Part shown: positions 18,033 to 27,145 of the stretch, piece after piece
How positions within the stretch are numbered: the stretch's first letter is position 1
Layout of the letters: every line of letters begins with the position of its first letter
Program-made: the position numbers and the translations under genes
IMG/VR virus record: IMGVR_UViG_2579779009_000005
Length of the DNA stretch: 45,234 nt
Direction: 5' to 3' (one strand)
Origin: a virus
Taxonomy: Duplodnaviria; Heunggongvirae; Uroviricota; Caudoviricetes
Notes under the pieces: model-generated
Databases searched by the model: none
What the model saw: the letters and a program-made list of their open reading frames with translations, nothing else
What the model was told of the DNA's origin: nothing

Positions 18033-19428
18033 CGGTTGTCACCTTATCGTCCGGGTTAGGCGGTTCTTTTGGCTCTGGCAGCGGGTCGAGCCCAACAATC
18101 TCGCGCAACTCATTGGCAGTGAATGGCGGTTCGCCACCGTAGAAGCCAGATGTTTTTTGCACGATGTCGGCCAGTTTCGAAGCATTCTCGATCTTCTCTT
18201 TCTCGCCGGGGGCCAGCAGGTCGCTCCACGAGATTGTGACCTCTCCTTTGGTCGGTGGGTCGATAATCCCGAGTGTCCAGAAGCGTTCCAGTAGCACGGT
18301 GATGCGGTCTGTCAGGAAGCCATTGCGGCGCGTGTTGCGTCGAATAGCCCAGTCCGTTTTATCCTCGTCGCTCGCCAATCGCCCGGTCTGCTGACCAAAC
18401 AGTATGGTGAACGGGATCTGTACGGAGGCGGCCAGTTCGTTCGCGGTGACTTCCCACGTTGGCCCCGGGTCACCGGGCGTAACGCTCAGAACGTGCATCT
18501 GCCCGGCCTGCATTACGGCCGCCGCATCGGTACCGCGGTTAAGCTTATTGACCTTATCGCCCATCGCTTCGCCAAGATCGGTATAACCGGCCTTTTTGGC
18601 CTGGTCTGCCAGCGTGGCCATATCGGTTTCTTTGCTGAACTCCACCGCAATCTGACGACTGGCGTTCTTCAGGAAACCCTCAGCACCACCGCCGGAGACT
18701 TTCTCAAGGTCGAGGCCTTTGTTGTATCCAGCCTCCAGCAGCGGAATTCCTGACAGGACGTTGTCGTCTTCTGACCCTTCGCAGAACAGGATGACGCGGC
18801 TAGGGTGTACCGGTTCGCCACGCATCGGACCAACAAAAGGCTCATCACCAACCGGCTGTTCGTTGAAGTTGAACATCTTCGGCTGACCGAATGTTTCAGA
18901 CTGACGGTCGTTATCCCAGTCAGCTACTGTTAGCTGCGGCTCCCATACAGGGATCAGCTTCACCAAAGCGGACTCTCCGAGAGATTTCACCAGCCTGATA
19001 TCTACTGGATCACTCCACGGCTTATTGTCTTTTACCTGTAGCAGCAGTGCGGAGTAACGCCCGACCATATTGCGGCGGTCGGCATCCTTCACCTTAGGCC
19101 ACAGCTTCTTCATGAACTTGGTGACTTTCTTTTCCCAGGCGTTTGTTTTCTCCGCCTCCTGCGCTTCATCACCGTCAACTATTACCGGATAGTCCTGCCA
19201 GCAACCATCCAGCAGACGATGCACCACAGCGAAGCCAGCGGCATTGCGGCGGTACATGTTGTAGAAGTCGTTGAAGGTGATCGTGCGTGGGTAGCCAAAC
19301 TCCTGATAGAGCGTCGGGCGCTTCGTGTTGCCGCCACCGATGCCGATGGCATTCAGGTAATTTGCTCGCCTCATTTCAGTGGCGAGGTTGTTCACAGCCA
19401 GTTGAAGGCCGTTATCTTGTTCGCTCAC
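17959..19428 (-). CDS. Portal protein
   Basis: 489 aa with an acidic C-terminus, directly downstream of the large terminase gene. Confidence 0.7.
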   Translation of the reverse strand: MSEQDNGLQLAVNNLATEMRRANYLNAIGIGGGNTKRPTLYQEFGYPRTITFNDFYNMYRRNAAGFAVVHRLLDGCWQDYPVIVDGDEAQEAEKTNAWEKKVTKFMKKLWPKVKDADRRNMVGRYSALLLQVKDNKPWSDPVDIRLVKSLGESALVKLIPVWEPQLTVADWDNDRQSETFGQPKMFNFNEQPVGDEPFVGPMRGEPVHPSRVILFCEGSEDDNVLSGIPLLEAGYNKGLDLEKVSGGGAEGFLKNASRQIAVEFSKETDMATLADQAKKAGYTDLGEAMGDKVNKLNRGTDAAAVMQAGQMHVLSVTPGDPGPTWEVTANELAASVQIPFTILFGQQTGRLASDEDKTDWAIRRNTRRNGFLTDRITVLLERFWTLGIIDPPTKGEVTISWSDLLAPGEKEKIENASKLADIVQKTSGFYGGEPPFTANELREIVGLDPLPEPKEPPNPDDKVTTDDPLADDTRTDGKGGPADSSAQQG

Positions 19429-19440
19429 TGGCGATGCTCC

Positions 19441-20751
19441 TTAGAAGAATACTGCGCCGACTTGCGCTTTGTGCTTAATGTACCCATCGAGACCGTATCG
19501 GACGCCATCCCAGCAGTGGTTATTTTTGTCTTCAATAACCGGCAGAACTTCGCCAGTGATACGGTCTGTTTTGTACGAGTAAAGCCGCGCCTCTTTCGCT
19601 GTTTCTTTGCAGCGAGGATGGATGATGATCTTCTTAAACCCACGCAGGCAGGTGATGCCGTCCTCTACGCTACCCTGCCACTTCTGAGCGGCAGAGATAT
19701 TGAATCCCTGCCCTTTAATATGGCTGATAGTCTCAGGTCGGGAGTTATCGGCTTTGATAGGCCATTTACGCGCTTCAGGGATGCCGGGGAATTTAGCCTC
19801 GTCTGTAACTTTCCAGTCGACAAATTGCTTCGGCGTGGCGTCGGTTTTCCCGGCGTAGAACTTCCACATGTCGTCGAGCTCTACGCCATTACCGTAGGCC
19901 TCGTATTCGATGTAGAGGTTGTTATCCAAGATAAACATGCGAATTAGCGTGCTGGGGTCCTTCGCGAATCCGAAGTCGGCGCCGAACAACAAGCGCTCTG
20001 ATTTCTGCCAGAGATCGTCTTCGAAGCTCTGCACGACGTATTTGTTTGCCAGCACCTGCTTGTCGGAGTTTTCGAGGTAAGCACCTTCCCAGATCCACGC
20101 ATAGTCTGCGTAATCGAGGTGTGCCAGGTCTTCCTGTCTCTCCTCCTCGAGCACCGCAGGGAACCATGGATTGTCCACATAGTTCATCTCGACAATCATC
20201 GAGCTTTTTGGCGGGTTCTTTCTGAAGAGCTTATCGGTGGCACTGCCGTCCTTCTCCGGGTTCCAAGTGACCCAAATCTCTGAGCCTTCCTCTCGAACTG
20301 TCGGGCGAAGTTTTTTCCATGCAGTAGAGGATACCGACTCGGCCTCATCAACCCAGGCCACAAGAATTCGTGCTTTGGATTTGATGCTGTCCAGATTATG
20401 GCGAAGACCACAGAATACGTAGCTGACTCTGCGGTTCTTTGTTCGGATGTATTTCTCGCCAATGTCGAAGTAATCATCAAGCCACGGTACAGAGCGAATA
20501 GCCTGCTTCACCTCCTCCATGGAGGACTCTTCCAGCGAGTTCATATATTCGCGGGCGCAAAGGATTACTCCGCTGATATTGGCCTCTGCCGCCTGGTACG
20601 CTTTAACGGCGGTCATAAGTGCAAATGTGCGCGTCTTTGCGGAACCGCGCCCACCGTGAGCACCACGATAACGGATGCCTTCTGTCGCGAATACAGGGAC
20701 TAACTTAGACGGTATCTGGAGGTCAACTTGGCTTTCCATTGGCTGGGTCAA
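19441..20751 (-). CDS. Terminase large subunit
   Basis: 436 aa with a Walker A-like GAHGGRGSAKT and a C-terminal nuclease-like region. Follows the small subunit gene. Confidence 0.8.
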   Translation of the reverse strand: MTQPMESQVDLQIPSKLVPVFATEGIRYRGAHGGRGSAKTRTFALMTAVKAYQAAEANISGVILCAREYMNSLEESSMEEVKQAIRSVPWLDDYFDIGEKYIRTKNRRVSYVFCGLRHNLDSIKSKARILVAWVDEAESVSSTAWKKLRPTVREEGSEIWVTWNPEKDGSATDKLFRKNPPKSSMIVEMNYVDNPWFPAVLEEERQEDLAHLDYADYAWIWEGAYLENSDKQVLANKYVVQSFEDDLWQKSERLLFGADFGFAKDPSTLIRMFILDNNLYIEYEAYGNGVELDDMWKFYAGKTDATPKQFVDWKVTDEAKFPGIPEARKWPIKADNSRPETISHIKGQGFNISAAQKWQGSVEDGITCLRGFKKIIIHPRCKETAKEARLYSYKTDRITGEVLPVIEDKNNHCWDGVRYGLDGYIKHKAQVGAVFF

Positions 20752-21190
20752 CTCCTACCAGGCGAATTGTCGTCGGTCTCGGTGACATACTGCCGTCCGG
20801 GCTGGTGTGTTCGACCTTCTGTTTATTGCTGTACGCGTCGCCGACCTCTTTAGCGGCCTGCTCCATCAGTGATGCTGCCAGCGCCATGTTTCGCATGCTC
20901 TCGGCTTTGGTCATCATCCGGTCAAGTGCACGGAGACGATAGGCTTTGTTGGCGATCGGGATGTCGCTTAATTCAGTCTGGAAGCGCTTACGGGTTTCGT
21001 GGAATAGCTCAACCCATTTCTGCGCTAGCCCCCTGCCGTTTGCTTTCGTCGGGTCATGTGATTCGACCTGCTGACGCGTGATGCTCAGGCCAAATTCTTT
21101 TTTGACCAGCTCAACCACCTGGGATGGAGTATCGAAGCAGGCAAGAGACTGAACGATGAAGGCTTTGACCTCACCTTTCAGTGTCGCCAT
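20723..21190 (-). CDS. Terminase small subunit (putative)
   Basis: 155-aa ORF immediately upstream of the large terminase gene with a short overlap. Confidence 0.5.
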   Translation of the reverse strand: MATLKGEVKAFIVQSLACFDTPSQVVELVKKEFGLSITRQQVESHDPTKANGRGLAQKWVELFHETRKRFQTELSDIPIANKAYRLRALDRMMTKAESMRNMALAASLMEQAAKEVGDAYSNKQKVEHTSPDGSMSPRPTTIRLVGVDPANGKPS

Positions 21191-21222
21191 AGATTACCTG
21201 CCTGTCATAATCAGTCATATTG

Positions 21223-21867
21223 TTAGGCCAGCTTTAACATGCATGTTCCGCATGACCTGGCTATATCGATGTGAGCAACTTCTGCTGGCGTATTTGCCGC
21301 ATCAACGAGCTCCTGTACTTCCTTGCTTGCACCGTATCGACGCACGACACCAGTGAATTCTTCGACGTCGTGGCCGCGTAGTGTGAGCACTGGCTGACCG
21401 GTCTCTTTGTTAAACTTAGGCGCGCCGTAATCATCAGTGGCCTGGGCTATGTGGTAAAGCTCATGCTCTACCAGCGCGCAGAACTCGAGGTCACTGCATT
21501 GTGAGCAGTAATCGGCTGCAAGTGTGATGATGAACTTCGGGATGCGCCCGAACCATTCATGCATCTGCTGTTCCATTCTGGCTTTCTGCCAACCACCGGC
21601 GCGGAGCATTACCTGTTCGGCCTGGCCGAGAACGTAGCGCCCTTTCTTCGCAAATGAGCCAGACGCCCACATAAAGCAGAGGTCAGCATCCATCAGGTGA
21701 ATGTGGTCAGGGTTATGGGTACTTCCGGTATCGCTGAGGATTTGTCGGCTTATCCATTCATGCACTTCGTTAGCGGGGATCAGCCTGGTGTATGGCTGCC
21801 AGTTGTCGGAGTTGATGAAGTTAACTGGCGGATATGGCCTGCGCTCGTCATCGTTAGCCATTTGCAA
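21223..21867 (-). CDS. Putative phage metallopeptidase (HExxH)
   Basis: HELYH motif in a 214-aa ORF upstream of the terminase genes. Confidence 0.45.
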   Translation of the reverse strand: MQMANDDERRPYPPVNFINSDNWQPYTRLIPANEVHEWISRQILSDTGSTHNPDHIHLMDADLCFMWASGSFAKKGRYVLGQAEQVMLRAGGWQKARMEQQMHEWFGRIPKFIITLAADYCSQCSDLEFCALVEHELYHIAQATDDYGAPKFNKETGQPVLTLRGHDVEEFTGVVRRYGASKEVQELVDAANTPAEVAHIDIARSCGTCMLKLA

Positions 21868-21979
21868 CTCCGTTTATTCGGACTCTGTTTATTGTGATTT
21901 ACTCCTCATGATTTGCTCAAAATCACTAAATAATTCCTACTTTTAGTCGATTATTGAAGAGTTTTCATAAGGAGGAACA

Positions 21980-22318
21980 ATGGGTATTGAAGAGAATTTA
22001 CTCGAGACACTGTTAAAGAATGATGTTTTCCATGAAGAGGATGGAAAAGTATCAGGCATTGCCAAGCGTGCTATCGATAAAGGATATGCAAATTTATCAC
22101 CGGCACAAAAGCGAGTATTACAACCGTTTATGAGTCATGGTTGTGAGGGTTATACCGATCCTGGTGGACATCACAACGGTTGCGGAAAAGTTCTGGAAGG
22201 TGCAGAACTTGATGAAGCTTATGAACACACATGGGAGCATGGCGGCTTACTCTGCGAGGACTGTCGCGAACAAAGTGGTTATGACGATTACCGTCGTGAG
22301 AAATTTATGAAAGACTAA
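21980..22318 (+). CDS. Cys/His-rich hypothetical protein (opposite-strand moron)
   Basis: Strong RBS aaggagg. Motifs HGCEGY...HHNGCG...CEDC suggest a zinc-binding fold. AT-rich upstream region. Own terminator. Confidence 0.5.
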   Translation: MGIEENLLETLLKNDVFHEEDGKVSGIAKRAIDKGYANLSPAQKRVLQPFMSHGCEGYTDPGGHHNGCGKVLEGAELDEAYEHTWEHGGLLCEDCREQSGYDDYRREKFMKD

Positions 22319-22324
22319 GATTTC

Positions 22325-22348
22325 GGCCTATCTCACGATAGGCCTTTT
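22325..22348 (+). terminator. Intrinsic terminator of the plus-strand moron
   Basis: Stem ggcctatc-tcac-gataggcc followed by tttt on the plus strand. Confidence 0.5.
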
Positions 22349-22373
22349 AACATCTTGCCGTTCTTTACCCATT

Positions 22374-22583
22374 TTATTCCTCTAATGACTGCTCGGTCTG
22401 CTCTGCCTGCACTGGCGTGAACTGCACTCGCTTCACATCAGCAGGAGCGAAATACAGCCACTCTCCCGCCTCAGTCGCCAGCGGCACAAAGCCATTAACC
22501 AGCTCAGGCTGACGTCGTGACATCTTGCCAGTGAAGGTTTCGCCTGTTTGGGTGGTTAGCTTGATTTGGTAGATGTCGGACAT
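22374..22583 (-). CDS. Small hypothetical protein (69 aa)
   Basis: ORF with RBS aagagg, located between the 135-aa moron and the plus-strand moron. Confidence 0.4.
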   Translation of the reverse strand: MSDIYQIKLTTQTGETFTGKMSRRQPELVNGFVPLATEAGEWLYFAPADVKRVQFTPVQAEQTEQSLEE

Positions 22584-22676
22584 TGAGAGCCTCTTTATCC
22601 GCTTGTGGGGATATTTGGTTGATTATCCGCTGTAGGGGATACTGCCATTACGATGAGTCTGCCCATGGTGATGCCA

Positions 22677-22699
22677 ATAAAAAACCGCCCGGAGGCGGT
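22677..22699 (-). terminator. Intrinsic terminator after 135-aa moron
   Basis: Stem accgccuccgggcggu followed by uuuuuauu on the minus transcript; it overlaps the stop codon. Confidence 0.55.
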
Positions 22700-23106
22700 C
22701 AATCTGAAAGACCAAATTTCTTTTTGGTGTAGGATTTTAGAAGCTCTACACCTACATCCTTCAAGACCGATAATGGTTGATCGCTTATAGTCTTGAGTTT
22801 CTCAAAAACATCCTTTTGTTGAAGAGTTTCGGCGAACTCTTGGCCGGATGATGTAAGCCTTATGTTTGCTGGCCAGTCTTTAATTCCATTAATACCAATT
22901 ACAAGTCCTAGTTTCTTAGGATCCCCAATTTCAAGAAAGTGGTTACTTATGTAACCCCTCTCAACCAATTGGTAGTAATGAAACAACCCCTTTGGGCTGC
23001 TTATTTCGTATCCAGCCTCTTTAAGATCAGTAGCAGCTATCAATGGGTCATCAGCCTTAATAAAGACCCCCAACATTCCCTTCAAATAGTCCAGATCAGT
23101 TTGCAT
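22699..23106 (-). CDS. Hypothetical protein, AT-rich moron
   Basis: 135 aa. RBS ggagg. Candidate promoter in the 48-bp gap after Rz. Terminator directly downstream. Confidence 0.5.
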   Translation of the reverse strand: MQTDLDYLKGMLGVFIKADDPLIAATDLKEAGYEISSPKGLFHYYQLVERGYISNHFLEIGDPKKLGLVIGINGIKDWPANIRLTSSGQEFAETLQQKDVFEKLKTISDQPLSVLKDVGVELLKSYTKKKFGLSD

Positions 23107-23154
23107 ATACTACCTCCACCCTCATTAATGGAGATAATATTACCCTTCACTTCA

Positions 23155-23616
23155 CTAATTTGAACACTGTCCTTTTATGTAGTCCTGCAGATAGCCGACC
23201 TGCTTCGTCACTGTGGTGATTCGCTCTCTGAGGGTGAAATAATCCCGTTCAGCGGAGTCAGTAAGTCGGGGGCCGGAAGCATCGCCCATGCCGCCGGTGC
23301 CGGTCTCTCCGTTCGCTGTGCATCTGGCGTTGAGCTGCAACCGACGCTTGCCAGTAGCAACATCGCGCTCAAGCTGATCGATAGTGGCTTTGGCATCAGC
23401 CAGTTCTCCGGTGTATTTTGCATCCAGCGCAGCGACATCACGCTGGCGGGTTTGCATGTCTTTGATGGTGGCGTTCGCCAGGCTGAGTTGCTCGGTGGCC
23501 TTATCGCGCTGGTCTTTATAGGTGATGGCGTTGTCGCGATAGTGGTTAATCGCCCAACCCATTGCGCTGATTGTCACGATGATTACCGCACAGGTAATTC
23601 CTGTGATTCTACTCAT
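23155..23616 (-). CDS. Rz: Spanin, inner membrane subunit (Rz)
   Basis: Clear similarity to remembered lambda Rz ([40 protein letters not shown]). Start revised to MSRITGI (ATGA overlap with the endolysin stop). Confidence 0.85.
   Translation of the reverse strand: MSRITGITCAVIIVTISAMGWAINHYRDNAITYKDQRDKATEQLSLANATIKDMQTRQRDVAALDAKYTGELADAKATIDQLERDVATGKRRLQLNARCTANGETGTGGMGDASGPRLTDSAERDYFTLRERITTVTKQVGYLQDYIKGQCSN
23208..23396 (-). CDS. Rz1: Spanin, outer membrane lipoprotein subunit (Rz1)
   Basis: Embedded in Rz in the +1 frame. The C-terminus [26 protein letters not shown] matches the lambda Rz1 pattern. Start codon choice is uncertain. Confidence 0.7.
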   Translation of the reverse strand: MPKPLSISLSAMLLLASVGCSSTPDAQRTERPAPAAWAMLPAPDLLTPLNGIISPSESESPQ

Positions 23617-24143
23617 TTCACACCATCCAGGCAGAGCGCCTCTTCTTTCCCAGCACGAGTAACCAGACCAGGAAGAATCCTGCCGCCACCCCATACCCAG
23701 CGCGGGAACTGGTGGCATGCCGCCGTAATATCTCCACTTCTGAGAAGAGAGAACATGGTGGAAATGCGCATGTTCCCGCAGCCAGCACGAAACGTTACCG
23801 ATACAGCCGCTGAGAAAGTATCGTCAGATAGCTTTCTGCCATTCCCGTAACGGTTAACACAGGATTCAGCATCAAGGATGTTTCGCTCCCACTCGGCTGC
23901 GATCTGCTGGTCAGACTTAACGGTGCCGAGCTTTACGCCATGCGTATTACCCATACCGTCAGTCAGCACACCTGCCGGGCACACATACGGATCACGCCGG
24001 CAAGACTCAGCGTTACCGATTAGCTCCAGCCCGCGCTCGTTAGTCCTGACATGGCCCGCATTCATCACAATGGCGATGATCGTTCCTACGGAGCAGACAA
24101 TGCCCGCCGCTCCGCTTTTCTTACTCAGTTTCAACTGTGCCAC
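23613..24143 (-). CDS. SAR endolysin (T4-lysozyme-like, GH24)
   Basis: N-terminal weakly hydrophobic Gly/Ala-rich signal-anchor-release segment ([16 protein letters not shown]). The C-terminus resembles remembered phage 21 lysozyme (RWVWGGG...GLVTRA). Confidence 0.7.
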   Translation of the reverse strand: MAQLKLSKKSGAAGIVCSVGTIIAIVMNAGHVRTNERGLELIGNAESCRRDPYVCPAGVLTDGMGNTHGVKLGTVKSDQQIAAEWERNILDAESCVNRYGNGRKLSDDTFSAAVSVTFRAGCGNMRISTMFSLLRSGDITAACHQFPRWVWGGGRILPGLVTRAGKEEALCLDGVK

Positions 24144-24441
24144 CGGAAATTCTCCGCATTGCCTCCGTAACCACCTCGGCGGCAGCCGGACGATCGGAGT
24201 GAGGTTTTTTACCTACATCAGATAAGTAGTTTTCCAGCAGCTGGGTTCGTTTCCTTTCCTCAGCCATACGCTCACGCTCTTCTTTCCGTTTTGCGTAATA
24301 GGTTTTTATCGTGAAGAACGCTGATACCAGAGCGCCGATAATAAACACGTAATCCTGCAGGCTAAGCAAAGAGAACAGGCCCAAGGCCGCCGACCACCAG
24401 TACGGCAGATCGTGTCCATTTGTTGGGTTCATACGTTGCAT
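24121..24441 (-). CDS. Holin (possible pinholin) with dual-start motif
   Basis: 106 aa with two TM helices. The N-terminus MQRM offers two starts separated by a basic residue. Immediately upstream of the endolysin gene. Confidence 0.6.
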   Translation of the reverse strand: MQRMNPTNGHDLPYWWSAALGLFSLLSLQDYVFIIGALVSAFFTIKTYYAKRKEERERMAEERKRTQLLENYLSDVGKKPHSDRPAAAEVVTEAMRRISGGTVETE

Positions 24442-24537
24442 TCCACACCTCCGGGTCCGGGGTGCTGTGTGGTAGTTGGGAAAAGGCCGTCAGACACGAT
24501 AGCTACGTGGCATCTGGAATTGATTGTCTGCGGCCTG

Positions 24538-24563
24538 AATAAAAAACCCGGCGACAGGCCGGG
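24538..24563 (-). terminator. Intrinsic terminator (second of tandem pair, tR'-like)
   Basis: Stem cccggc-cuguc-gccggg followed by uuuuuu on the minus transcript. Confidence 0.6.
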
Positions 24564-24635
24564 AAGATGAGGGTAAGGCAATGTCGGCTCTCTGGCCGAA
24601 GGGTCCCAGGTAGTGGGTTCTGTGTGCGGCGTACC

Positions 24636-24670
24636 GCAAATAAAAAAGCCCAAGGCGTTAACCTCGGGCT
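24636..24670 (-). terminator. Intrinsic terminator (first of tandem pair)
   Basis: Stem agcccgagg-uuaacg-ccuugggcu followed by uuuuuuauuug on the minus transcript. Confidence 0.6.
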
Positions 24671-24724
24671 TGAATTCTTTGTGTCGACAATCAAAGCTAT
24701 GGCGACGATATCAGATTTACATGA

Positions 24725-24753
24725 AATATATGCGTTTCAGTTCGGTTTTGCAA
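24725..24753 (-). promoter_or_regulatory. Candidate late promoter (pR'-like)
   Basis: TTGCAA, 17-nt spacer, TATATT on the minus strand, overlapping the 3' end of the Q-like gene and about 50-80 nt upstream of the tandem terminators. Confidence 0.45.
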
Positions 24754-25426
24754 GACTTGCATCTAAATTTGTCGCCTTTTGTTGTGAACGTGATCGCGTT
24801 ACTGAGATAAGCGTACCGCTATCGAGTCGCTTAAAGCTATTACGCATTGCCAGCCAGTGAGGCAAATACGTTTCCGTCCATGTGGATTTCGCTACGCCCG
24901 CCAGTTCCGCCAGCACCTGGTACTCGTATGTCTCACGGCCTGCCAGTTCTGCTTTGACATCCTGCGCCGCCAGCCAGATAAGTTTCTTCAGGCGTTCCAT
25001 CGTCTTGCCAGCCACTTTCTTCACACCAAGCTGTTCCCGGAACTCTGCCCACGCCCACTGGGTGATTGCCACCTGGTATTCGAAGCGGACGTTCTCGCTA
25101 TAGTTCCACAGCAGCCACGCTTTCTGGTGTTCTTCCAGCGACAGGACGGCGCGGCGCCATGACGCGGTACCAAACTCCACAGGGCTGACCAGCGCGATAG
25201 ACGAGCCCTTAGCGCGTGACTGGCTGCCGCTCATCGGCGGACCATCCGGGTTGACCATGCGCTGCTTATCCTTGTCGAATACCTTTTTCCGGCCCCGGCT
25301 GCGCGCCGTCGCGGTGAATTGCGCATTCTCGGCGAAAGCTACCAGCTGCCCTTTCGTCGCCCCGCTCAGATCTGCGGTCGCCACAATGAGCTGCTGACGT
25401 ACGTATTCCAGTTGCTGACTGTTCAT
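24737..25426 (-). CDS. Late gene antiterminator, Q-like (putative)
   Basis: 229-aa ORF at the end of the nin region, directly upstream of the promoter / tandem-terminator / lysis-cassette arrangement. Family assigned from position, not recognised from sequence. Confidence 0.45.
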   Translation of the reverse strand: MNSQQLEYVRQQLIVATADLSGATKGQLVAFAENAQFTATARSRGRKKVFDKDKQRMVNPDGPPMSGSQSRAKGSSIALVSPVEFGTASWRRAVLSLEEHQKAWLLWNYSENVRFEYQVAITQWAWAEFREQLGVKKVAGKTMERLKKLIWLAAQDVKAELAGRETYEYQVLAELAGVAKSTWTETYLPHWLAMRNSFKRLDSGTLISVTRSRSQQKATNLDASLAKPN

Positions 25427-25535
25427 GCGGCTTCCTTATGTGGCTGGTTGGTTTTGTTCTGGCTGTGGTTTGCTACTGGCGGCAGGTTGGCGCGCTTAAC
25501 GCTTTCGGCCTGGTACCGCATAATCTGGTCACGCG

Positions 25536-25919
25536 TCATTCTTCAACCCTCTCGTTCTGCCAGAGAGGAAGTGGCGACTTATCCCCGGCGCGGCGAATAC
25601 GGGCTTTGGCGTTCTTCTCAATCTGAATGAGCTTCTCGATATTCTGACGGCGCTGCTTTTCTTCCCGGCGGAGATATTTCACGTTCTCCATATAGCGAGA
25701 CTCCTGGTCGCAGAGCGTCATAAGGAAGTCAAAAGGTTCGATCAGCGTGTCGCACTTCCGGCAGCGTAAGGTCCGGTCTTTTTCATTCACCCAAACAGTG
25801 GAGTGCAGGCACATAACCTTCTGCCCTTCGCGCTGAATAACCAGCCCGTCCTGTAGGTCGTTATTCTTCGTCGGGAACGCGACAACCGTGCCCAGTTCAA
25901 TTTCGGTTTCTGTGCTCAT
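25536..25919 (-). CDS. Hypothetical protein with Cys-rich motif (nin region)
   Basis: 127 aa containing C..H...CRKC. Lies between NinG and the Q-like gene. Confidence 0.45.
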   Translation of the reverse strand: MSTETEIELGTVVAFPTKNNDLQDGLVIQREGQKVMCLHSTVWVNEKDRTLRCRKCDTLIEPFDFLMTLCDQESRYMENVKYLRREEKQRRQNIEKLIQIEKNAKARIRRAGDKSPLPLWQNERVEE

Positions 25920-26527
25920 GCTGCCTCCTGCTGTTTGAGTGCGCGAAGATCTGCCCGGGCCTTAGCGCGGATGCCATCCAGCTCTTCACGGGTGTATCGG
26001 TGGGTTTCGTTGTTGGATTCCAGCGCCAGCACGCGCTCCTCGCCAATCAGCTCAATCAGGGCGGCGCGGTATGCCTCGATGTTTCCGGATTTGTGAACGT
26101 TGCAGGCGGAGCACTGCAGCCAGATATTGTCCTGGTTCAAGCGAAGTTGCGGCGCGGCGGCCGTAGTGCGGTAATGCCCGGCATGCCAGGCAAAGGCGGT
26201 CTTGGTTCCGCAAGAGATGCAACCGTGACCGGCTGCCAGCAGCATTTCGCGACGCCAGTCGTTGAAGGCGCGCTGAGTCATCTGTACCCAGTGACGTATC
26301 GGCTTAAGTTCATTACGGCGCGCAGCACGCCGTTGGCGACCAGCTTTCTCTTCGGTGCGCTGACGCTGCGCTTCCTTCTGCTGAGCGGCTTCACGGGATT
26401 TTGCGGTCTGTTCTTTGCCGATAGCGCTGGCGCACTCGAATGAGCAAACTACCTGCCCGTCGCGTACCGGGTGGAACCACTGGCGACAGGCTTTATGGGC
26501 GCACTTGCGGCGCGGTAACTTAGCCAT
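25916..26527 (-). CDS. ninG: NinG / Rap recombination protein
   Basis: Strong similarity to remembered lambda NinG (MAK..RR.C....C..WFHP, GHYRTTAAAPQLR, QC..CN.HKSGN). Confidence 0.85.
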   Translation of the reverse strand: MAKLPRRKCAHKACRQWFHPVRDGQVVCSFECASAIGKEQTAKSREAAQQKEAQRQRTEEKAGRQRRAARRNELKPIRHWVQMTQRAFNDWRREMLLAAGHGCISCGTKTAFAWHAGHYRTTAAAPQLRLNQDNIWLQCSACNVHKSGNIEAYRAALIELIGEERVLALESNNETHRYTREELDGIRAKARADLRALKQQEAA

Positions 26528-26690
26528 GCGCTCTCCTCGCCGCGAGACGCAGCCATTTCTGATCCACCAGGCGGGCGGTGTAGTCCTTCATAGTCGGGAT
26601 TTCGGACGGCTTAACCGCGGGCTTGCGCTGGCGGCGCGCCGGAACGCGGAAGATTTCGTTACTGATAACGCGGGAAAGTGGAGTAGACAT
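26520..26690 (-). CDS. Small Nin-region protein (NinD/E/F position), not in ORF track
   Basis: 56-aa ORF with RBS ggagg, coupled to the NinB stop and the NinG start. Basic C-terminus (DQKWLRLAARRAHG). Confidence 0.5.
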   Translation of the reverse strand: MSTPLSRVISNEIFRVPARRQRKPAVKPSEIPTMKDYTARLVDQKWLRLAARRAHG

Positions 26691-27145
26691 CAGGCCTCCT
26701 GCTTATCGCGCAGCTGCTGGTACTCGCAGCCGTTCGGGATAGTCAGGGCAAGGCCGAACTGAGCGCACCACATTTCAACCTTTACCAGGAAAATATGCAT
26801 TTCCCCGGTATCGAGATCGGCGGTATGTCGCGGTTCCCATGTAGTGGTTTTTTCGCCGGTGATGAAGTCAGTGTAGGTCACCTCTTCGCAGCCGAGATAT
26901 GTCTTTTTGAGGTTGCGCTTAACCCACTCAGGAGTCGCGTCGGTGCGTCCGGAGTTAATCAGGTAATCGCTGATTTCCGTGTACCACATGTGGCTGAGCG
27001 CGTTCTGCGACAGGCTGCGCCTCTCGCGCCACGGCTTAGCCTGCAGGCGGAAGTACTGCCCGGCATCCAGCAATGGCTGAATCTGCTGGCCGATGGCCGC
27101 GAAGTTGCCTCGATGGAGTTTGATTCCGTCAACTGGCAGAGTCAT
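26690..27145 (-). CDS. ninB: NinB recombination protein
   Basis: Motif RSLSQN...W, similar to remembered lambda NinB (RNRSLDQNRKLW). 151 aa. Confidence 0.7.
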   Translation of the reverse strand: MTLPVDGIKLHRGNFAAIGQQIQPLLDAGQYFRLQAKPWRERRSLSQNALSHMWYTEISDYLINSGRTDATPEWVKRNLKKTYLGCEEVTYTDFITGEKTTTWEPRHTADLDTGEMHIFLVKVEMWCAQFGLALTIPNGCEYQQLRDKQEA

